Source of the DNA: an uncultured Alphaproteobacteria bacterium
GTDB lineage: Bacteria; Pseudomonadota; Alphaproteobacteria; CAAHEQ01; UBA3637
NCBI GenBank assembly: GCA_934234055.1
Contig: CAKQGY010000003.1
Coordinates: 21,142-85,141, forward strand
Length of the DNA: 64,000 bases
Direction of reading: 5' to 3'
Numbering within the stretch: the stretch's first letter is position 1; every line of letters begins with the position of its first letter. Positions 8,042 to 17,237 of the stretch are shown piece after piece. The position numbers and the translations under genes are program-made. The notes under the pieces are model-generated. The model made no database searches. It was not told the DNA's origin and was given only the letters and a program-made list of their open reading frames with translations.

Positions 8042-9650
8042 TGAATAAATCTCCTTGAAAATAGGGGGCCGGAGTGGGGTTGGGGTGAGAAACGGGGGCT
8101 GATTGGGGGAATTCCCGGGGTTGCGCGGGGTCGGAAATGGTGGCGGGATCGGGTTTTACGGGGGTGTCAGGGGTCCGGTCGGTGGCTGCCGGGGTGGATT
8201 CCCTAGGTTGTGCGGGGGTGAAGATGACGCCCGGGGTGGATTTTCGGGCTGGTATGGGGGCTGGAATGGCATTGGATATGGGCTTTTTGAGGGGGTCAGG
8301 GGCCTGTGCGGGTGTGTCGGCGTTGGTGGCTTTTCCGGTGGGGACAGAGGTTTGGGGGCTAGCCGTTGGGGCGGGGGAGGATACCTGAAAAGTTGGGGAC
8401 TGAGTGAAGGATAAATCAGGGGATTCGTGTTGTGTGTGGGGAGTGGTGGGAATCGCCTCTATTTGGCCGTCGGCAAAAGATAAAATCAGGCTTTTTTGGG
8501 CGGCCGCAACGGTAGATTGGCTGATGACTTGATGTGAGGGCGATGAAATCAGGGCAAATCCACGCTCTAAAATGGAATGATATGATAATGATTTCAATAA
8601 CTTAGCGCTTGTTTCAAAACGCACGTTGATTGAACGCCAATAAACGGAAAAGGCTTGATCCAGGCGTTCGGAACGGTCGTCCAGACGTTGTAAAAAGTTG
8701 TTGATGACTTCACCCAGATTCGGCAGGTTGAGCGAATCCAGTTTAAGTTTCTTGTCCGAGAGGGTGCGATAAAGGCTTTCGGTCAGGCGGAGAGTTTGAG
8801 TCTGTAAATGTGTGAGCAGGTCGCTGCGAACCGGAACGGCTTTTTCGGCGGCACCCGTCGGTGTGGGAGTCCGCAAGTCCGAGACATAATCTATCAGGGT
8901 GGTGTCGGTTTCGTGTCCGACAGCGGAAATAATCGGAATATCAGAGTGATAGACGGCGCGGACGACGGTTTCTTCGTTAAAACACCAAAGGTCCTCTAAA
9001 CTGCCACCGCCACGGGCAACAATCAGGACATCTGGACGCGGAATCAAGCCGTCGGGAGTGGATAAACCCGCAGGAGGAATGGCGTTAAAACCTTGAATAG
9101 CTTGAACAACCTGATCAGCGGCGCCGTCGCCTTGAACCAAAACGGGCCAGAGAAATACCGGGCGCGGAAAGCGGTCGCGCAACCGGTGCATAATATCGCG
9201 AATGACGGCGCCGGTGGGACTGGTAATCACGCCGATGGTCGCCGGTAAAAAGGGAATTTTTTTCTTGTGCGCGGGGTCAAAGAGCCCCTCTTTGGCCAGC
9301 TTTTCACGACGCTCGTTTAAGAGCTTTAAAAGGGCACCGATGCCGGCGGGCTCGGCCGATTCTATAATCATTTGGTAGTTGGAACGGCCGGGGTAGGTGG
9401 AGAGTTTGCCGGTGCAGACGACTTCCAGGCCCTCTTGCAGGACGGATGCCGCAGAACGGCCGCGCCAACAGATCGCCGAGAGAACGGAATCTTTGTCTTT
9501 GAGAGAAAAATAAGTGTGCCCCGATGCCACGGTTTTCAGGCCCGAGACTTCCCCACGTACGCGGACATGCGCAAAGACTTGCTCGACGCAGGATTTGAGA
9601 GAAAGCGATAACTCGGAGACCGATAAAATGGGTTGTTCTTGTGTTTCCAT
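8031..9650 (-). CDS. xseA: Exodeoxyribonuclease VII large subunit with a Pro-rich C-terminal tail of about 180 aa
   Basis: OB-fold plus catalytic region resembles XseA. Likely start METQEQPILSVSEL at 9650. The last ~180 aa are a low-complexity P/T/A/S-rich extension. Confidence 0.85.
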   Translation of the reverse strand: METQEQPILSVSELSLSLKSCVEQVFAHVRVRGEVSGLKTVASGHTYFSLKDKDSVLSAICWRGRSAASVLQEGLEVVCTGKLSTYPGRSNYQMIIESAEPAGIGALLKLLNERREKLAKEGLFDPAHKKKIPFLPATIGVITSPTGAVIRDIMHRLRDRFPRPVFLWPVLVQGDGAADQVVQAIQGFNAIPPAGLSTPDGLIPRPDVLIVARGGGSLEDLWCFNEETVVRAVYHSDIPIISAVGHETDTTLIDYVSDLRTPTPTGAAEKAVPVRSDLLTHLQTQTLRLTESLYRTLSDKKLKLDSLNLPNLGEVINNFLQRLDDRSERLDQAFSVYWRSINVRFETSAKLLKSLSYHSILERGFALISSPSHQVISQSTVAAAQKSLILSFADGQIEAIPTTPHTQHESPDLSFTQSPTFQVSSPAPTASPQTSVPTGKATNADTPAQAPDPLKKPISNAIPAPIPARKSTPGVIFTPAQPRESTPAATDRTPDTPVKPDPATISDPAQPREFPQSAPVSHPNPTPAPYFQGDLFNEK

Positions 9651-9879
9651 GGGGGTATTATAGCAGAAATACGGGGAAAAGAAAAGGGAAAAATGGAGCC
9701 TTGATGAGAGAGTGGCATATTGATTTGTGTGTTCAATGGATTCTTCGGGGGCAGGGAAGACCGCCCCCATCAGAATGGCAAGTTGATTTAGGTGTTTCAT
9801 GGATTGCCGCGAGGCCGAAGGGCCGGCCACTCGCAATGGCGGGGGCGGGAGCAATAGTAGGAAAGAAAAATAAAAAAAG

Positions 9880-10839
9880 TCAGAGGGTGGAAAGGAAGGT
9901 GCGGATTTGGGTGAGGTCGCGGGAGGTGATTGCTTGGCGGTAGGCTTTGGCGTTCGGGCAACCGTGAAATAAGCCGGCCAGGTGCGGGCCGATCACGGAC
10001 AGCGATTCGGCATGTTGTTCCAAATACGGGAAGAATTCTTGGAGGACTTGGGCTCGGGTTAAAACCGGATGCGAATCATTGAAAAAACGCTTGTCAACCG
10101 GGGCCAGTGCATACGAATCGCCATAAGCCAGGCGCCCGATCATAACGCCGTCGGTGTGCTGTAAATGCGCGGCGGCTTGGTCCAGGGTGAGCACATTGCC
10201 GTTGATCGTGATAAACAGATCCGGAAAACTTTTTTTGAGACGATAAACCGTATCATAATCCAGCGGTAGTTTTTGTCGGTTGTCCTTTGGGGACAGGTTG
10301 AGTTTGGCTTGACGAGCGTGCACAATCAAGTGGGAACAGCCGGCCCTGTGCACCAGATCCGCAAAATGAAAGAGTGCCGCAAATCCGTCGCCGGATCCGA
10401 CCAATGAAATGCGCGTTTTAACCGAAACAGGCAGGGGAGATTTAGCGCGCATTTCAGCAACACAATCGGCAACAATATCGGGGGTCTGCATTAAAACGGC
10501 ACCAAACCGGCCGGATTGAACACGAGAAGACGGACAGCCGGCGTTGATGTTGATTCCCAGATAGCCGTAATCGGCCGCTATTTGAGCACACTGTGCCATC
10601 AGGTGCGGGTCGCTGCCGCCGACTTGAAGGGTGAGAGGGTGCTCGGCCGCGTCATAGGAAAGTAGTTTTCGGCGGTCCCCCAGCAGCAGCGCCGGGCAGG
10701 CGATCATCTCGGTATAAAACATCGCATTGTGGCAGATCAGGCGCAAAAATCGCCGAAAATGTCGGTCCGTCCAATCCAGCATGGGGGCCACGGATATTTT
10801 GTCGGGTGATGTGTTTTTTTCTTGTTTTTTTGAATTCAT
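9880..10839 (-). CDS. dusA: tRNA-dihydrouridine synthase A
   Basis: SVAPMLDWTDRHFRRFLRL... matches DusA over the full length. Confidence 0.9.
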   Translation of the reverse strand: MNSKKQEKNTSPDKISVAPMLDWTDRHFRRFLRLICHNAMFYTEMIACPALLLGDRRKLLSYDAAEHPLTLQVGGSDPHLMAQCAQIAADYGYLGININAGCPSSRVQSGRFGAVLMQTPDIVADCVAEMRAKSPLPVSVKTRISLVGSGDGFAALFHFADLVHRAGCSHLIVHARQAKLNLSPKDNRQKLPLDYDTVYRLKKSFPDLFITINGNVLTLDQAAAHLQHTDGVMIGRLAYGDSYALAPVDKRFFNDSHPVLTRAQVLQEFFPYLEQHAESLSVIGPHLAGLFHGCPNAKAYRQAITSRDLTQIRTFLSTL

Positions 10840-10889
10840 AACGCTATAATATCAGAAAATCACTGAAAAGAAAAGGAGAAAATAAGCCG

Positions 10890-11111
10890 ATGATTTTAAC
10901 AACAAAAGAAATTGAAAAAGTGCAAACTTATTTGCAACAGCTGTTCTGGAACCCGGATATCACGGTGCGGCCCGGAGAAGGACAGGACGCGCCATCGGAA
11001 GTCTATATCGGAAAAGAATTTATCGGCGTTATCTATAAAAATGACGACGACGGCGAAATATCCTATGACTGGAATATGTCTATCCTGTCGGAAGATATTG
11101 ATAAGTTTTAA
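10890..11111 (+). CDS. DUF3126 family small protein (alphaproteobacterial)
   Basis: The motif GKEFIGVIYKNDDDGEISYDWNMSILSEDI matches the DUF3126 pattern. Confidence 0.65.
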   Translation: MILTTKEIEKVQTYLQQLFWNPDITVRPGEGQDAPSEVYIGKEFIGVIYKNDDDGEISYDWNMSILSEDIDKF

Positions 11112-11206
11112 GAAAAAACGGTTGACATGGGGCAAAAAAGCCCTATATGACATAAGCAACGGGTTTTAATCGGGGGAATGTAAAACCCGCTGTTATGAGG
11201 GGAACG

Positions 11207-11241
11207 CAGAGCGATGGCAGACGATCGCTCTGCACTTTTTT
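11207..11241 (+). terminator. Rho-independent terminator (CAGAGCGAT-loop-ATCGCTCTG then T-run)
   Basis: 9-bp perfect stem, 8-nt loop, TTTTTT. Sits between convergent genes. Confidence 0.6.
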
Positions 11242-11251
11242 ATGGGAAAAG

Positions 11252-12412
11252 CTATTCACTGATCGTATCAAAATACGCGTTGACGGCTCGAACCAGAGCT
11301 TCGGCCAGGTCGCGTCGATAAGAGGCTTTTTGCAGATTTTTATCCTCGGTGCGGTTGGATAAATACCCAAGTTCCACCAAAACAGAAGGAATGTTGGGCG
11401 ACTTTAACACCACAAAACCGGCCATACGATGAGCGTTCGGAACCAGAGGGACTTTGCGCTTCATCTCGCGCACGACCAAATCGGCGTATTGGGCGGACTT
11501 GTTCATCGTGTCGGTCTTGGCCAAATCCAGCAAAATGTTGCCGGCGTCGGCGTCAACCTCGGATAAATCCATACCGAGAATGATGTCAGCTTTGTTTTCG
11601 CGCTCGGCCAAAGCGGCGGCCTCGGCATCGGAGGCGCGCTCGGAAATCGTGTAGACCGACAGACCCCGAGCCGAGGGATTTTTGGCACTGTCGGCATGAA
11701 TGGATATGAATAAATCCGCATGGGCGGCGTGCGCTTTTTTAATCCGACTGCGCAGAGGAATAAATACATCAGAATCACGCGTCAGGACAACTTTGTAGCC
11801 GGCTTTTTTAAGCAGGTCGCGAGTCTCGCGCGCCATGTTGAGCGTGATGTTTTTCTCGTAATGGCCGGAACGCGAAATCGCACCGGGATCCTGACCGCCG
11901 TGGCCGGCATCCAACACAATGACACGCTGGGTCTTTTTAGGAGTTGTAAAGGGACGCAAACCGCCAGATCCTGTTTTGGTTTCAGAAGAAGAAACAGGTA
12001 AAACGGTCGGAGCATTTCTGGATAAATCTAATACAAAACGCCAACTTTTGCCACTTTGCGGTTTGAGCAGAAAATGCTTTTCGGTCAGAGCCTCGTTTGG
12101 CAGATCCAAAACGATCCGCGCGGTGCCGGCAAACGGTGTGCCCGTGCGCAAACCTCCGACAAAATTGACGGGACTGAACTTTTGAGCCTTGGCCAAGGGG
12201 GAAAAAGTAGTGTTCTTGAAATCCAGAACCAGGCGCGGCGGGTTAGATAAGCGCGAAACAAGCACCTGAGCTTCGGCCGATAAATCTGCTACAAAGCGCA
12301 CCGCGTCGGCCGTGGAAGACGCCAGACGCATACCCTTGATTTCCTGAGCCAGAGCCGTCGTGCCGATTAAAAAACACAGCAAAAAAGCAACCAAAAAAGA
12401 AATATACTTCAT
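11252..12412 (-). CDS. amiC: N-acetylmuramoyl-L-alanine amidase (AmiC-like, with N-terminal AMIN domain)
   Basis: Signal peptide and Amidase_3 motifs (VIVLDAGHGGQDPGA, HADS). Confidence 0.85.
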   Translation of the reverse strand: MKYISFLVAFLLCFLIGTTALAQEIKGMRLASSTADAVRFVADLSAEAQVLVSRLSNPPRLVLDFKNTTFSPLAKAQKFSPVNFVGGLRTGTPFAGTARIVLDLPNEALTEKHFLLKPQSGKSWRFVLDLSRNAPTVLPVSSSETKTGSGGLRPFTTPKKTQRVIVLDAGHGGQDPGAISRSGHYEKNITLNMARETRDLLKKAGYKVVLTRDSDVFIPLRSRIKKAHAAHADLFISIHADSAKNPSARGLSVYTISERASDAEAAALAERENKADIILGMDLSEVDADAGNILLDLAKTDTMNKSAQYADLVVREMKRKVPLVPNAHRMAGFVVLKSPNIPSVLVELGYLSNRTEDKNLQKASYRRDLAEALVRAVNAYFDTISE

Positions 12413-12439
12413 TTATTTTGTCCGATTCGTAAAAAAAAC

Positions 12440-12468
12440 TTGCTTATTTATTCATATAACGATATAAT
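12440..12468 (+). promoter_or_regulatory. Predicted sigma70 promoter of rne (TTGCTT-N17-TATAAT) followed by a ~170-nt leader
   Basis: Hexamers with 17-bp spacing. A long 5' UTR is expected for autoregulated rne. Confidence 0.45.
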
Positions 12469-12645
12469 ACAAAATGCAATCAAAAAACGATTGCCCAGAA
12501 AAATTTTTAAAACCGGAGACAAGAAAATGAACTTGATGACATGTTTGACAGACCTGAAGGGGCGCTTGATTCCGGCTTTATATGACGGCGATTTGAGGGA
12601 AAATTCGGCCGAACCTGATAACTTGAAATTAAAGGATTTTTATAT

Positions 12646-14817
12646 ATGTCAAAACAAATGCTTATTGATGCGACGCACGCCGAAGAAACGCGCGTGGTCG
12701 TGCTGGACGAGGGGAGATTAGACGAGTTTGATGTTGATACCTCTACCAAAAAACAAATCAAAGGAAATATCTATTTAGCCAAAGTGGTGCGCGTGGAACC
12801 GTCGCTGCAAGCCGCGTTCGTGGAATACGGCGGCAATCGGCACGGATTCTTGGCCTTTGGGGAAATTCACCCGGACTATTACCAAATCCCGGTGGCCGAT
12901 CGCGAAGCCATTAAAGAACAAATGAAAGCCGAAGCCGCAGCCGAAAAAGCGGCGCGTGATTCGGAAGAAGAAACCGAAACCGAAGATCAGGAAGTGGAAA
13001 CTGTCAGTGATGCCGAAGCCGATGATATGATTCGGCACCGCTCGTCATTCTATCGGAAATACAAAATCCAGGAGGTTATTCGCCAGGGGCAGGTGATGCT
13101 GGTCCAAGTGGTCAAAGAAGAACGCGGCAATAAAGGCGCGGCACTGACGACCTATTTATCCTTGGCCGGCAGATACAGCGTTTTAATGCCGAACAACGGA
13201 AAAGGCGGCGGTGTTTCGCGTAAAATCAATAATGTGAAAGAACGCAAAAGCCTGCGTGAAATTGTGGAAAAACTGCCGATCCCGGAGGGTATGAGCGTGA
13301 TTATCCGCACCGCCGGACAGGGTAAAACCAAAGCCGAAATTAAACGGGACTTTGATTACCTGATTAAAACCTGGATGCAGATTCGTAAGGAAACACTGGC
13401 CTCTATTGCGCCGAAACTGATCCACGAAGAAGGCGATATTATTAAACGCTCGCTGCGGGATGTCTTTACGCCCGATATTGACGAAATTATCGTGGAAGGT
13501 GAAGATGTCTTTAAGACGACAAAGGCATTTATGAAAATCCTGATGCCGGCGCAGGTCAAGAAAATTAAACAATACAAAGGGGAACTGCCCTTGTTCCAAC
13601 AATATATGGTGGAAGCACAGCTGGAAGCTATTCACAGTAATATCGTGCAATTGCGTTCGGGCGGGTATCTGGTGATTGATCAGACAGAAGCCTTGGTTGC
13701 GGTGGATGTGAACTCGGGCCGGGCAACGCGCGAACATAATATTGAAGAAACCGCGCTGCGGACGAACCTGGAAACCTGTGATGAATTGGCGCGGCAGTTG
13801 CGACTGCGGGATATGGCGGGCCTGATTGTGATCGACTTTATTGATATGGACGAACAACGCAATAACGCCGCGGTGGAACGACGCTTGAAAGAGGCTTTGA
13901 AACGCGATCGGGCGCGGATCCAGGTTGGGAAAATCTCGGGCTTTGGGCTGATGGAAATGTCGCGGCAACGGTTGCATTCCAGCTTTTTGGAAAGCAGTTA
14001 TCATATTTGTCCGCATTGCGGCGGAAAGGGCTTGGTGCGCTCAACGGAATCGTGTGCGATGCATGCGCTGCACATCTTGGAAGAAGTGGCCGCCAAAAAT
14101 AAAGGCGCTACCTTGGTGATGAGCTTGCCCTTGGAAGTTGCGGGATATGTGCTGAATATGAAACGCGAAACGCTGGGCGACTTGGAAAAACGATTCGGAA
14201 TTAAAGTTCAAATCTTGGCTGACACAACATTGGTGAAAGCGTCGGACTTTAAGATGGAACGAATCCGCGAAAACGGCGACCGCTGTGCGGTGTCGGTGCA
14301 ACCGAACATGCCGCGCAGATCCGATCGGAACAACTCGAAAATGCAATCTATTGACGCAATTGTGCAGGCCTCTATCGCCGAAGAAGAAGCGGAAGAAGAA
14401 GCCGGCGGGCGACGCGGGCGGCGGCGTAAACATCGGCGGCGCGATTGGAACCGTAAACAAAAACAGCTGGCAGAGGGACAGGCAGAGATGAATGATGCCC
14501 GAGAGGCTGAGACGGGGGTGGCCGACGTCCGAGAGACGGCTGAAAAAAGTGAAGAAAATTTTACGGTGGTGGAGCAAACATCGCTGCAAAATGAAGACAA
14601 ACCCGCCGGGAAAAAAGGAAAATATCGCGATCGCGGGCGGCGGCGTCGGGGACAAAAATCGACGGATAAGGCTTTGGTCCCGGCGCAGGTGTCGGCTCCG
14701 GCAGTGCGGGAAGAAAATGTGCCCGTCAAGGCCGAAATGCACCCGGTTCCGGTGGCGACAGATGAAGCCCCTAAATCAGCCAAAAAAGGCGGTTGGTGGA
14801 ATCGCTTGATGGGGTAA
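12646..14817 (+). CDS. rne: Ribonuclease E
   Basis: S1 domain, DNase I-like catalytic domain, Zn-link CPHCGG, then an Arg/Glu-rich C-terminal scaffold. Confidence 0.9.
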   Translation: MSKQMLIDATHAEETRVVVLDEGRLDEFDVDTSTKKQIKGNIYLAKVVRVEPSLQAAFVEYGGNRHGFLAFGEIHPDYYQIPVADREAIKEQMKAEAAAEKAARDSEEETETEDQEVETVSDAEADDMIRHRSSFYRKYKIQEVIRQGQVMLVQVVKEERGNKGAALTTYLSLAGRYSVLMPNNGKGGGVSRKINNVKERKSLREIVEKLPIPEGMSVIIRTAGQGKTKAEIKRDFDYLIKTWMQIRKETLASIAPKLIHEEGDIIKRSLRDVFTPDIDEIIVEGEDVFKTTKAFMKILMPAQVKKIKQYKGELPLFQQYMVEAQLEAIHSNIVQLRSGGYLVIDQTEALVAVDVNSGRATREHNIEETALRTNLETCDELARQLRLRDMAGLIVIDFIDMDEQRNNAAVERRLKEALKRDRARIQVGKISGFGLMEMSRQRLHSSFLESSYHICPHCGGKGLVRSTESCAMHALHILEEVAAKNKGATLVMSLPLEVAGYVLNMKRETLGDLEKRFGIKVQILADTTLVKASDFKMERIRENGDRCAVSVQPNMPRRSDRNNSKMQSIDAIVQASIAEEEAEEEAGGRRGRRRKHRRRDWNRKQKQLAEGQAEMNDAREAETGVADVRETAEKSEENFTVVEQTSLQNEDKPAGKKGKYRDRGRRRRGQKSTDKALVPAQVSAPAVREENVPVKAEMHPVPVATDEAPKSAKKGGWWNRLMG

Positions 14818-14833
14818 GACCCGGAAAAAATGG

Positions 14834-14868
14834 AAGCACCCCTTGGGAAACCGGGGGTGCTTTTTTGT
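14834..14868 (+). terminator. Rho-independent terminator of rne
   Basis: AGCACCCC...GGGGTGCT stem followed by TTTTTTGTG. Confidence 0.7.
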
Positions 14869-14869
14869 G

Positions 14870-14898
14870 TTGACAGGGGGATTCTTTTGGGCTAAAAT
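14870..14898 (+). promoter_or_regulatory. Near-consensus sigma70 promoter (TTGACA-N17-TAAAAT) driving the pilin-like gene leader
   Basis: Exact -35, 17-bp spacer, TAAAAT -10. Would give a ~190-nt 5' UTR that contains the conserved block and the CA tract. Confidence 0.5.
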
Positions 14899-14962
14899 GA
14901 GGGCTATGATAAAGCAAAAATGTAGTCAGATTGGGGTCAATTTTAAGGGGTGCGAATCGCGT

Positions 14963-15012
<50 letters not shown>

Positions 15013-15096
15013 GTTCTGGTGAGAAGAAAAATTTAAGCAGTCGGTTGCCGGGTGGCGACCGGCTGTATCTGTCTATAACCGAAAAGGAGAAATAAG

Positions 15097-17010
15097 ATGA
15101 ATACAAAGAAATCATATTTAGTGGATTGCCACGCCCCACAAGGGGGGCCCGCAATGACGGCGGGGAGCGAATCTGGTCGCACTTTGACCGAGATGCTGGG
15201 TGTGTTGGCGATTATGGGTGTGTTGACCATTGGCGGGATAGCCGGGTTTAACTGGGCGATGGACCGGTGGCGAGCGAATCGGATTATTGACGGGGTGGAA
15301 GAGCGAGCCTTGGTCGGGAGCCGGTTGCGCCTGTCCGGTATGAATAGGACAATGGAAATAGCAGATGCAGTGGTGGCTCAAACCGGGGGAACGATAGAGG
15401 ACTATGCCACGACGGTGAGTAATACGGGCTATAACGATGAGAAGACTTATTTTTCGGTGCAGGTAGCCGGAGTATCGCCGCAGGTGTGTGAGAATGTGAT
15501 GAACCTGAACTGGCAGTTGCCGGTGGAAGTGTATGCGGGGAATACCCAATATACGGGTGATACGGCGATTTGTGCCGGAGAGGGGACAGTGGATTTGACT
15601 TTTGTGTTTGCGGCGGATTTGATTACGAAGAAAGATGTGAAGGTGGTGGATCGGAACAATCCGACCTGTCAGCCGACACAGGTTTGGACCTGTAAGACGA
15701 ATGACGCCAACGGCTATAAATGCTGCACGGCGGGTATGTTGTGCAAGGCGGAGGAGGATACACTGCCGACAGGAGTGTTTTCAGAGAACAAGGGGAACTG
15801 TCCGCGCGGGACGCATCAGTGCCGGAATAATCAGTGCGTATGTCGCAAAAGTTGCCCGGCCGGCTATGAACAAGATCCAAAAACATGCGCATGCAGTTCT
15901 CAAACATGTGAAACCGGTGTTTGGAACGAAGCCAAAGGCGAATGCGTAGAATGTAATGAAGATACGGACTGTGCCACTCGCACCGACGGCAAGACAACCT
16001 GCGATACAGCGAGTAATGTGTGCAAGTGTCCGGCAGGTAAGGTTCCGAATGCCGACGGGACGGCTTGTGTGGAATGTAAAACAAACGCGGATTGTAAAAA
16101 TGCCTACAAGCCCGTCTGTAATACGGCGAATAACACTTGTGTGGGATGTACCGAAGATGCGGATTGCGCGGGAAATAGAATATGCAACACGGCAAATAAT
16201 ACTTGTAAATGCCCGGCTATGGGCACGAAGCCAACGGCCACTTGCTATACGGCCACGGAGCATGCGGCGACAGAGCAATGCCTGGCCTACACGACATATG
16301 AGCCTCTGATTTGCCCAGAACCTAAAACGGAATGCGATGTTGCCAACAACACTTGCAAGTGCCCGGATTGTCCGGCCGAGAAAATGACGCAAAATGAGGA
16401 TACCTGTGAGTGTATTTGTAATAATAACAAAGTGCTGAATGCAACTGGAACAAGATGTGTGGGGTGTAATACAGATGCTGATTGTGCCTGGCGCACAGAT
16501 GGAAGGACGAGGTGTGGTGTAAATTCCCACACTTGTGCATATGTAACATGTAGAAGCAATTCAGATTGTGCAGCGGGTCAATATTGTTCTATAGGGCCAA
16601 ATGATTGCAAAGATGGCACTTCTGGGGCGTGTAAAGAATTGGGAGAACGGATAGAGTTTGAAAATTATAATTTGCTATATTCTTCTGGTAATAGTGATAT
16701 GAACTGGATGTCGGCTGGGAACTGGTGTCAGGCCAATGGTAAAAAACTCGTTAGTGTAGATACATTGGTCAAAATTGCAGGGAGACCAACTTCTGAGTGG
16801 CACATAGCCGAGTATCAAGATGAACTTCACAGTGCATTTTACAAAGTCTTTGGAAATACAGATTTAGGCTTTTGGACTGACCAAGACTGTATGGGTTGCC
16901 TTGGCAGTCCTACCTGCCGTGCTGCGCTCTTAGGTTCTATTAATGCTACTGATGTTAGTTGGGTGACCTTTAATGATTGGCGTAATAAAATTAGAGCATT
17001 ATGTGAGTAG
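15097..17010 (+). CDS. Modular type IV pilin-like protein: class III signal + pilin head + Cys-rich repeats + C-type-lectin-like C-terminal module
   Basis: AAGGAG SD 8 nt upstream. N-terminus ...SESG|RTLTEMLGVLAIMGVLTIGGIAGFNWAM closely follows the G|FTLIELMIVVAIIGILAAIA pilin motif (Glu at +5). About 60 Cys in CxxC..DxDC..C.C repeats. C-terminus NWMSAGNWCQANGKKLVS...FWTDQDC resembles a CTLD. Confidence 0.6.
   Translation: MNTKKSYLVDCHAPQGGPAMTAGSESGRTLTEMLGVLAIMGVLTIGGIAGFNWAMDRWRANRIIDGVEERALVGSRLRLSGMNRTMEIADAVVAQTGGTIEDYATTVSNTGYNDEKTYFSVQVAGVSPQVCENVMNLNWQLPVEVYAGNTQYTGDTAICAGEGTVDLTFVFAADLITKKDVKVVDRNNPTCQPTQVWTCKTNDANGYKCCTAGMLCKAEEDTLPTGVFSENKGNCPRGTHQCRNNQCVCRKSCPAGYEQDPKTCACSSQTCETGVWNEAKGECVECNEDTDCATRTDGKTTCDTASNVCKCPAGKVPNADGTACVECKTNADCKNAYKPVCNTANNTCVGCTEDADCAGNRICNTANNTCKCPAMGTKPTATCYTATEHAATEQCLAYTTYEPLICPEPKTECDVANNTCKCPDCPAEKMTQNEDTCECICNNNKVLNATGTRCVGCNTDADCAWRTDGRTRCGVNSHTCAYVTCRSNSDCAAGQYCSIGPNDCKDGTSGACKELGERIEFENYNLLYSSGNSDMNWMSAGNWCQANGKKLVSVDTLVKIAGRPTSEWHIAEYQDELHSAFYKVFGNTDLGFWTDQDCMGCLGSPTCRAALLGSINATDVSWVTFNDWRNKIRALCE
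15124..15159 (+). repeat. Stem-loop element GATTGCCACG-(CCCCACAAGGGGGG)-CCCGCAATGACG inside the leader-peptide coding region
   Basis: One of at least four copies with conserved flanks and compensatory stem changes. Contains an in-frame ATG. Confidence 0.7.
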
Positions 17011-17031
17011 CAAAAGGATTATTTGTTTCTA

Positions 17032-17069
17032 GATTGCCACGCGCCCCGTGTGGGGCGCTCGCAATGACG
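17032..17069 (+). repeat. Copy of the GATTGCCACG...CGCAATGAC stem-loop plus a truncated pilin-gene 5' fragment
   Basis: GATTGCCACGCGCCCCGTGTGGGGCGCTCGCAATGACG with a 7-bp GCGCCCC/GGGGCGC stem. Upstream context TATTTGTTTCTAGATTGCC mirrors gene 1's TATTTAGTGGATTGCC. The reading frame stops after MTMRN. Confidence 0.7.
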
Positions 17070-17226
17070 ATGAGGAATTAGGTGATTCTGGATTCTTCGG
17101 GGGACAAGGGCCCAATTCCACCTAAGCCTTGAACGGCGTGCGCGGGGCGGACTTGTTCAAGGCAAAGGTTCATTGCTTTGCGCACTCGGACCGGCCACCG
17201 GCAGGTCCTCGCTTACGCAGTCCTTC

Positions 17227-17237
17227 GCAATGACGGG
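17227..17237 (+). repeat. Partial copy (3' half only, CGCAATGACGG) of the stem-loop element
   Basis: Exact match to the 3' flank. The 5' half is not recognisable. Confidence 0.35.

Noticed and set aside
8103-8414. Gly-rich plus-strand ORFs opposite the xseA tail
   Set aside because: These are the reverse-complement reading of the proline-rich coding region. This is a compositional artefact.
13183-14783. Long minus-strand ORFs (13183-14016, 14041-14742, 14208-14783) inside rne
   Set aside because: These are antisense shadow ORFs of a GC-rich gene. They have low-complexity R/H/F-rich translations with no motifs. rne on the plus strand is unambiguous.
15623-16559. Minus-strand ORFs (15623-16195, 15781-16530, 16287-16559) opposite the Cys-rich gene
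   Set aside because: These are antisense of a repetitive TGC/TGT-rich gene. They have no RBS and no domain signatures.
15097-17010. Diversity-generating retroelement (DGR) target hypothesis for the C-type-lectin-like C-terminus
   Set aside because: No reverse transcriptase gene and no template-repeat/variable-repeat pair is present in the window. The two 3' modules are not near-identical at the DNA level as a TR/VR pair would be.
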